Of a DNA stretch of 64,000 nucleotides, positions 58,792 through 64,000 are shown one piece after another (the stretch's first letter is position 1; each line of letters opens with the position of its first letter). The stretch spans positions 32,001-96,000 of IMG/VR virus record IMGVR_UViG_2706795740_000001. One strand, 5' to 3'. A program made the position numbers and the translations under genes. A model generated the notes under the pieces. It did no database searches. It was not told the DNA's origin and saw only the letters and a list, made by a program, of their open reading frames with translations. The stretch is from a virus. Lineage: Duplodnaviria > Caudoviricetes.

Positions 58792-59003
58792 TACCTGTAC
58801 CTCCCTAATAATTTGTTAATAAGTACAGACAGTCGAGACTTTGCCTTATGTGGTTTCCTTGATTTCTCTAGTTCCCTTACCTTCTGGTACAGGGCTTCTT
58901 TGCGAGTCACAGCTTGCTGATAGCTATAGTCTTGCTGTTTAGCCCTAAAGCCGTTGTCCCTGATTAGAACAATTTGGCGGGCTAATTTAGCTCCCATGCT
59001 CAT
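58791..59003 (-). CDS. Small basic protein
   Basis: Translationally coupled ORF. Confidence 0.55.
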   Translation of the reverse strand: MSMGAKLARQIVLIRDNGFRAKQQDYSYQQAVTRKEALYQKVRELEKSRKPHKAKSRLSVLINKLLGRYR

Positions 59004-60206
59004 CTAATCAACTCCTACGATGCAGTCTTTAGCATTTTTGTCGTCACGGAATCGAGAGAATTGAGGATGACGGTAAAATCCATCTTTAGTGACTTCCATC
59101 GCACCAATTTCTATGACTTTTCCGATATATTTACTTGGATTTATGGACATGTCTTTCCTCAATTCTTCTGAAATTCCAGAGCAGTCGCCCACTTCGACCA
59201 ACTCTCCGTCAGCGTTATACTGACTGAAGATGATAGAACCAATCCACTTCATAGCGTAGAACTTAGTCACTGCCGCAAGTGGGTGTCCTACTTCCTTGCC
59301 CACACGTTCAGCTTCTTCCTCCCCACTCAGTTGCCAGATATCGCCATTGATTCCTTCCCACCATTGGTGCGTAGCCCTTTCATCGCCCTTGTAGTCACGC
59401 TTGGCGGGCTTGAATCCTGTAATAATCACGTCAGCCGTGATATGCTTCTTAACCTTAACCCAATTCCATGCAGGCTTCTTGTCAGGATGATAAGTACCGT
59501 TGACGTGTTTGAGCATTACACCCTCGCCGTCACGTGCCATGATTTCCTTGTAGAAGTCACGCTTGTTGTAAACAACGACTCGTGACACGTCAATCTTGTC
59601 GAAGAAGTTGCTATTGTACTTAATTAGGTCTAGCTTGATTTGGCCAACAACCTGTTCCAAGATGATGCGGCGTTCCTTCCAAGGCTTGTCCATGAGCCAG
59701 TTACCGTCAAAGTCACGAAGGATATCGAACACCACATAGTCAAGCGGTTCGGTCGGAGCAAGAATGTCGTCCATCTCTCTCTTTTTGACTTCAGCCCACT
59801 CGTCCTCTTCCCACATGCGCCAGAACAGCTTCTTCTTGTCATCGCTGTGCTTCATGTCGCCAAAGCCTTGACGCATGCACGCCTTTCTAGGTGTCGCCCC
59901 CATGATTTTCGTGACCTCGTTGGAAGTCATTCCGTTACGGTAAACTTCTCCATCGAGAATCAGCAAAGGATACCTTTTTAAGAAGTTCAGGTGAGGGACG
60001 TTCTCTGTCTTCTCTACAGGGAAGTTCGTCTTCACGCTCAACTTGCGGGAGAAGAACCTGCCACCTACGGAGACATAGCGACTGCCGTCATACTTTTCTT
60101 CTGCCACGTAGTTCGGGTTGTCCCACAAGGCATCCATCTTCTCTTCATCTTTCACTGCATTGCCGCCCATTGGTAAGAGAATCTCATCTAATGGATAATT
60201 ACTCAC
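59004..60206 (-). CDS. ATP-dependent DNA ligase
   Basis: EKYDGSR, LDGE, VFDI, EGVMLK, WVKVK, RHP.F.RFR.DK. Confidence 0.92.
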   Translation of the reverse strand: MSNYPLDEILLPMGGNAVKDEEKMDALWDNPNYVAEEKYDGSRYVSVGGRFFSRKLSVKTNFPVEKTENVPHLNFLKRYPLLILDGEVYRNGMTSNEVTKIMGATPRKACMRQGFGDMKHSDDKKKLFWRMWEEDEWAEVKKREMDDILAPTEPLDYVVFDILRDFDGNWLMDKPWKERRIILEQVVGQIKLDLIKYNSNFFDKIDVSRVVVYNKRDFYKEIMARDGEGVMLKHVNGTYHPDKKPAWNWVKVKKHITADVIITGFKPAKRDYKGDERATHQWWEGINGDIWQLSGEEEAERVGKEVGHPLAAVTKFYAMKWIGSIIFSQYNADGELVEVGDCSGISEELRKDMSINPSKYIGKVIEIGAMEVTKDGFYRHPQFSRFRDDKNAKDCIVGVD

Positions 60207-60493
60207 TAGGCTTCAACCCTCTCAAGAAAATAGATTGTATTTAAGGTTTTGACTTGGATTTGCTCTCCGTTTGTAACTTCTGTGATACGGGTTGTAAGGA
60301 AAGCATGTATTTCATCTTCTGGGTCATATACAATGAGGCGGCGACCTTCTGTCAGGTCAGCAATACTTTGAATATCACCTACAATAAGTCCAATCCTTTT
60401 CGTAACACCTGTTTGATTGGCCTGTTCCTGTAGGTCAGAGTCCTTAATTGTTATACCGTCCAGTTCAGTTGCTTTGACTACCTTGAAGTACAT
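60206..60493 (-). CDS. Hypothetical protein
   Basis: RBS, operon. Confidence 0.55.
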   Translation of the reverse strand: MYFKVVKATELDGITIKDSDLQEQANQTGVTKRIGLIVGDIQSIADLTEGRRLIVYDPEDEIHAFLTTRITEVTNGEQIQVKTLNTIYFLERVEA

Positions 60494-60508
60494 TTTCTTT
60501 CCCTCCCC

Positions 60509-60736
60509 CTAATGCAAAATTTTTTGAAATCCGTCAGGGTGAGCAAGGGCTGTTCCGTTGATACTTGCCACTGTTTGGTGAATACCGTATAATTCTTCTG
60601 ATACAGCGACAAGTAATGCTGAAGAAAAATCGAGTTCATTAATGTCCCGGTTCTCTTCCTTAGCAAGTCTCTCAGCGATATCCACCACCCTAAGAGCGAA
60701 ACTTTCAGTGTAATCTTCACAAGTCATAGGCTTCAT
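60509..60736 (-). CDS. Hypothetical protein
   Basis: RBS after promoter motif. Confidence 0.55.
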   Translation of the reverse strand: MKPMTCEDYTESFALRVVDIAERLAKEENRDINELDFSSALLVAVSEELYGIHQTVASINGTALAHPDGFQKILH

Positions 60737-60757
60737 ATTGTCAGCTCCTTACGCTCT

Positions 60758-61339
60758 TTATGGTCGCTCCATGTGCTTCTTGAGTTGCGGTACAGAGCAC
60801 CAAGGCAATAATCCTTTTACCTCAAGTTGCTCTATCAGTTTTAGGAACTCCATAAAATTGGTGACACGATAGTCCAAATCACGACCTTTCTCTAAGTGCT
60901 TATTGTGTGGGGCATCCATACAAACTCTAATTGGCAAAAAATTCGGATTAAATTCAGGGGAATCATCCAGTAACAGATCACCACGAATCAGGTACTTATC
61001 AAATGTCGTAATAACATTCTTCTGGCCAATCCACGGAAAGTGTCTGTCTACCCACATTTTCTTCTCCATTGCAGAAGAAGGTGTCGGAGCGGCAGTGACA
61101 AAGAAAATTCTATGGTTCACGCTTAGATCACGAAGCACCGTTTGAGAGTCTTTTGTTACATCTAACTTCCAGTAGATGCCCTCACGTTTAAAGTAAGTTC
61201 CTAGAACTTCTCTGTTCTTGTTCCAATCTGTTAAAGTCTTTGGGTCTAGTCTCTCTCCCGTCTCGACTTCATGCAGATGGATAACATAACCCAGAAGGTC
61301 AGCCACTACTTCATCCATGTCTACAAGTAAAATTGCCAT
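60758..61339 (-). CDS. 5'(3')-deoxyribonucleotidase (NT5C, HAD family)
   Basis: LVDMDEVVAD, FVTA, EK..WV..HFP, LLLDD. Confidence 0.88.
   Translation of the reverse strand: MAILLVDMDEVVADLLGYVIHLHEVETGERLDPKTLTDWNKNREVLGTYFKREGIYWKLDVTKDSQTVLRDLSVNHRIFFVTAAPTPSSAMEKKMWVDRHFPWIGQKNVITTFDKYLIRGDLLLDDSPEFNPNFLPIRVCMDAPHNKHLEKGRDLDYRVTNFMEFLKLIEQLEVKGLLPWCSVPQLKKHMERP
60759..60788 (-). promoter_or_regulatory. Class I phage promoter
   Basis: GCAACT-N16-CGACCATA, overlapping the 3' end of the upstream gene. Confidence 0.7.
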
Positions 61340-61341
61340 AA

Positions 61342-61578
61342 TTATCGCCCCATGCTTTCAGGGTTTTGTATCCAACCATATTCTATAGAACGCTCATGCT
61401 CTTGTTTCATTTCCTTAAGACAAGCTTTCTTGAACTCTTCTTCTATCCCATAACTCAACGCTTGTACTGGAACTGTCACTCTCAGGTCTTTTGCTATTTC
61501 ATAGACAAACGGGTCTAAGGATTTCTTCACATCCTTAGCTTCGAGTTGTATCCCTCCATTACGCTTGTACATGGGCAC
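61342..61578 (-). CDS. Hypothetical protein
   Basis: RBS, ORF. Confidence 0.5.
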   Translation of the reverse strand: MPMYKRNGGIQLEAKDVKKSLDPFVYEIAKDLRVTVPVQALSYGIEEEFKKACLKEMKQEHERSIEYGWIQNPESMGR

Positions 61579-61612
61579 GCCCTCCCTCTATTACAAACCA
61601 TTCCTTTTATTT

Positions 61613-61987
61613 TTACTTAAAAGAGCCTGCCTTACGTCCCACCTGAAGGCCGTTGCTTGCTAAGATGTGAAGCAATTGTGCTGTTGTTACCGTTCCACCG
61701 AACTTGCCTTCGATCTCACGTGTGAGAATTGTCTGTGCCCGTACAGGCCTTGGCGCTATTGTTTCAGGCTCATGCACAAGAACATAGTTATAGACTCCGT
61801 CCCCCAAGTTCTCAAGGGCAACTTTATAGCCTTGCATGTACAATTCTTGAAGACGCGCTTGCCAACGAAGACTAATTTCTTGAAGCTCTACGTTGGTGAT
61901 TCCTTTCTCGCCCGCCTGACGCAATGCAGTCAGAACACGTTGGCGTTGGGATGGAACAGGTTTCAAAGTATTATTGTAAGTGGCCAT
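61613..61987 (-). CDS. Winged-helix DNA-binding protein
   Basis: QRQRVL..L....GIT..EL.....ARL.EL...GY pattern. Confidence 0.6.
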   Translation of the reverse strand: MATYNNTLKPVPSQRQRVLTALRQAGEKGITNVELQEISLRWQARLQELYMQGYKVALENLGDGVYNYVLVHEPETIAPRPVRAQTILTREIEGKFGGTVTTAQLLHILASNGLQVGRKAGSFK

Positions 61988-61990
61988 TTA

Positions 61991-62067
61991 CCATCTCTCC
62001 CATATCTCATTTGCCTTACACTATCTATGGTGGAGTTATCTATTAAAATAGTTGCGAAAAATAAAAA
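61991..62067. repeat. 77-bp exact direct repeat, copy 2
   Basis: Identical to 46484..46560; includes class I promoter 62026..62055. Confidence 0.9.
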
Positions 62068-62152
62068 GCTAGGTAATCCCTAGCCTTAAATCACTGAAAA
62101 TAGTTTGCTAAATTACTTTGGGATACTGACTCTCCCCGTTGTTTCCTCATGC

Positions 62153-62335
62153 TTATCCAAAATACATTTGATATTGTTTGTCACATCCGTCACACTCGAT
62201 AATGTATGTCTTACCGAAATTATCTACATCTAATTCCTGTTGCTCCTGTCCGCAGTAAGGACATTTCACATTCGTATACATCGCATACAAGCTAGCTACT
62301 TCTGTATCTTCATAAGTACGGAATATTATTCCCAT
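62153..62335 (-). CDS. Zinc-ribbon protein
   Basis: CPYC...CDGC. Confidence 0.6.
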   Translation of the reverse strand: MGIIFRTYEDTEVASLYAMYTNVKCPYCGQEQQELDVDNFGKTYIIECDGCDKQYQMYFG

Positions 62336-62374
62336 CCCGTCTCCTCCCTTATCACAAGTAATGTTAAGTTAAAT

Positions 62375-62569
62375 TCACCATGTTCTGAACTCGATCATCT
62401 GACCGCACTTGCAATCAATATTTACTTCAATACTTGAGCATCCCGTCCAACTGTCATCATGGCGTGTATATATTTCAATTGGATAATCTCGTTTGTAATC
62501 GGTGGTGATTGTTATTTCACTACCGCATGCTTGACATATCACCTTGAAACCAATTTTCTGTTCTTGCAT
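62375..62569 (-). CDS. Zinc-ribbon protein
   Basis: CQAC...CKC. Confidence 0.55.
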   Translation of the reverse strand: MQEQKIGFKVICQACGSEITITTDYKRDYPIEIYTRHDDSWTGCSSIEVNIDCKCGQMIEFRTW

Positions 62570-62599
62570 TTCATCACCCCATTTACAAATCGTGTGTTG

Positions 62600-62977
62600 T
62601 TAAATTAGCTTTTCATCAAGTAACCCCAATTTATAAGCAACCTGTGCAGTTTCATGATCTACAAGTTTGCCATTAACCGTATTTGCATAAGGAGAAACTT
62701 TCTTGCTTTTAGGATCGTACCACCCTGTCTCAATCTCCTTTTCAGAGAAAGGGTGTCCCTCCTTCCAGATCGCTTTATCCTTCTCAAAGTCGTAGGCATA
62801 CCATTTCTTTATCTCCGGCCCTATCTCACTTGCATGGCAATTTTCACAATGGAATGGTCCACATTGAACCAGACCTACGCCAACATCCACCCAATCAGCT
62901 TCACACTCAGTTCCACAATAAGGGCACTTTTCTGTCCGTGTATCATAAGCTCCCATTTTAAATTCCTCCCTTATCAC
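62600..62977 (-). CDS. Zinc-ribbon protein
   Basis: CPYC...CENC. Confidence 0.6.
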   Translation of the reverse strand: MIREEFKMGAYDTRTEKCPYCGTECEADWVDVGVGLVQCGPFHCENCHASEIGPEIKKWYAYDFEKDKAIWKEGHPFSEKEIETGWYDPKSKKVSPYANTVNGKLVDHETAQVAYKLGLLDEKLI

Positions 62978-62992
62978 AAGTGATTGTTTTGC

Positions 62993-63259
62993 CTACACAT
63001 CCTCCTGCTCAGAGTGCTTCCCTTTGTTCCAAAGTTCAAGATAGAATTCAGCATCGTCCAAAGTGCATTCAATATCACTGATCAGTTCTTGCAATTCGAC
63101 AATCTTTGCCTTTCCTTTCTGGATAAGCTCCTCTAAGCAAGGTTTACATTTCAAATCAGTGAAAGGTCTGCCTCCGCAAGTGCATGTATTCATATCTAAC
63201 CCCCCCCTCCCTTTCAGCAATGGTTTGTTAAATATAAACTTCCCTTGGCGCACTTCCAC
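62993..63259 (-). CDS. Small Cys-containing coiled protein (start uncertain)
   Basis: CTC..CKPC. Confidence 0.45.
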   Translation of the reverse strand: MEVRQGKFIFNKPLLKGRGGLDMNTCTCGGRPFTDLKCKPCLEELIQKGKAKIVELQELISDIECTLDDAEFYLELWNKGKHSEQEDV

Positions 63260-63469
63260 GGTACGGAGAAACTAATCCCTCTTTCTCCATGCGATCTACA
63301 ATTCTTGCCGCATAGACGTAGCCAACTCTAATTTTTCTTTGCAACATGGTAACTGAGCATTACTTCGTTTCCTTCACGATCTGTACTGCCTCTTGATAAC
63401 GCTCTTCAAAATCTGAATACAAATTACTACCCATGTCAGATTCCTCCATTTACAAAGCATGTATTGTGT

Positions 63470-63922
63470 TCAATGAATTACTTCCCAAGAGCCAACATTA
63501 AATTTCTCTTGAGCTTCCTCTTGACTTATAGCCCTTTGTGATCCGTCAGCATAAACAACAAGGATTTTACCTGTTGGATAACCGTCAAAGTCTTTGTCAA
63601 ATGAAACCAGCATTTTTCCAACGTCACGACTTTTTACAAATTCGCAACCGTCGATATCCTCAATTCGAAAGTTATTTAATCCCGCAAAAATAAGTTTTCC
63701 ATTGCTATAACTATCTGCATATCCTTCACTAAATGCTAAGGCGAGTATGCAAAATGTCTCTTTATCTCCGTATCTATAGATAACGTCATCGGGAACTCCA
63801 ACTTCATTGAGCTTTCTAAGGTTTTTCTTACTACTAGCAACAAGGATGTACGCATCGTCTCCGCCGTTCGTATCTACTGCCTTTAAGCTATTTAATACAT
63901 CCAAAACTGCTTGTCTATTCAT
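63470..63922 (-). CDS. Hypothetical protein
   Basis: RBS, 150-aa ORF. Confidence 0.6.
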   Translation of the reverse strand: MNRQAVLDVLNSLKAVDTNGGDDAYILVASSKKNLRKLNEVGVPDDVIYRYGDKETFCILALAFSEGYADSYSNGKLIFAGLNNFRIEDIDGCEFVKSRDVGKMLVSFDKDFDGYPTGKILVVYADGSQRAISQEEAQEKFNVGSWEVIH

Positions 63923-64000
63923 TATTCATCTCTCCTTCTCTCTGCCCTTAATCACCTTTATAGCAACTATACATATGGCTTCTTGTGCAGTCTTTGCAAA

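Larger units (their letters stand above)
1..64000. mobile_element. Large tailed phage / phage-plasmid genome segment
   Basis: Structural module, lysis cassette, phage-type nucleotide and recombination genes, densely packed small ORFs; no host housekeeping operons. Confidence 0.92.

Noticed and set aside
1-64000. Diversity-generating retroelement, CRISPR array, tRNA or rRNA
   Set aside because: No reverse transcriptase, adenine-variant repeat pair, regularly spaced repeat-spacer array or cloverleaf was recognised by eye; a tRNAscan run would be needed to fully exclude tRNAs

Overview
A 64-kb segment of a large Bacillales phage or phage-plasmid. The host is probably Paenibacillaceae/Brevibacillus-like, which is an inference from protein style. 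No host chromosomal genes, rRNA, tRNA or CRISPR were seen. Layout: (i) 1-26,044 (+): virion structural module with a hub-like protein, three tandem paralogues, LamG and RCC1 adhesins sharing a C-terminal anchor, and a 1,570-aa DNRLRE repeat protein. (ii) 26,096-28,828: XerC/D-like recombinase and lysis cassette. (iii) about 28,850-34,800: AT-rich convergence zone with a B. subtilis-type replication terminator gene (rtp), an opposed pair of Ter sites, dif-like sites phased at 50 bp, and moron-like genes. (iv) 34,826-64,000 (-): middle/early genes including two sigma factors, Gam, HU, NrdJ, RecA, two resolvases, RNA and DNA ligases, an Acb2/Tad1-like protein and many small ORFs. Two promoter-like motifs can be read from the DNA: GCAACT-N16-C(G/C)ACCATA (10 copies, mostly abutting terminators) and nGnTAAn-N15-CTTATAWTG (4 copies). 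Best novelty candidates: (a) a paralogue of a small structural-module protein fused through a Pro-rich linker to a MuF-type HExxH metallopeptidase, followed by a Cys-rich putative immunity gene; (b) a chromosome-like terminus apparatus (RTP, Ter trap, dif, Xer) carried by a phage. All family calls come from motif recognition by eye, not database searches.
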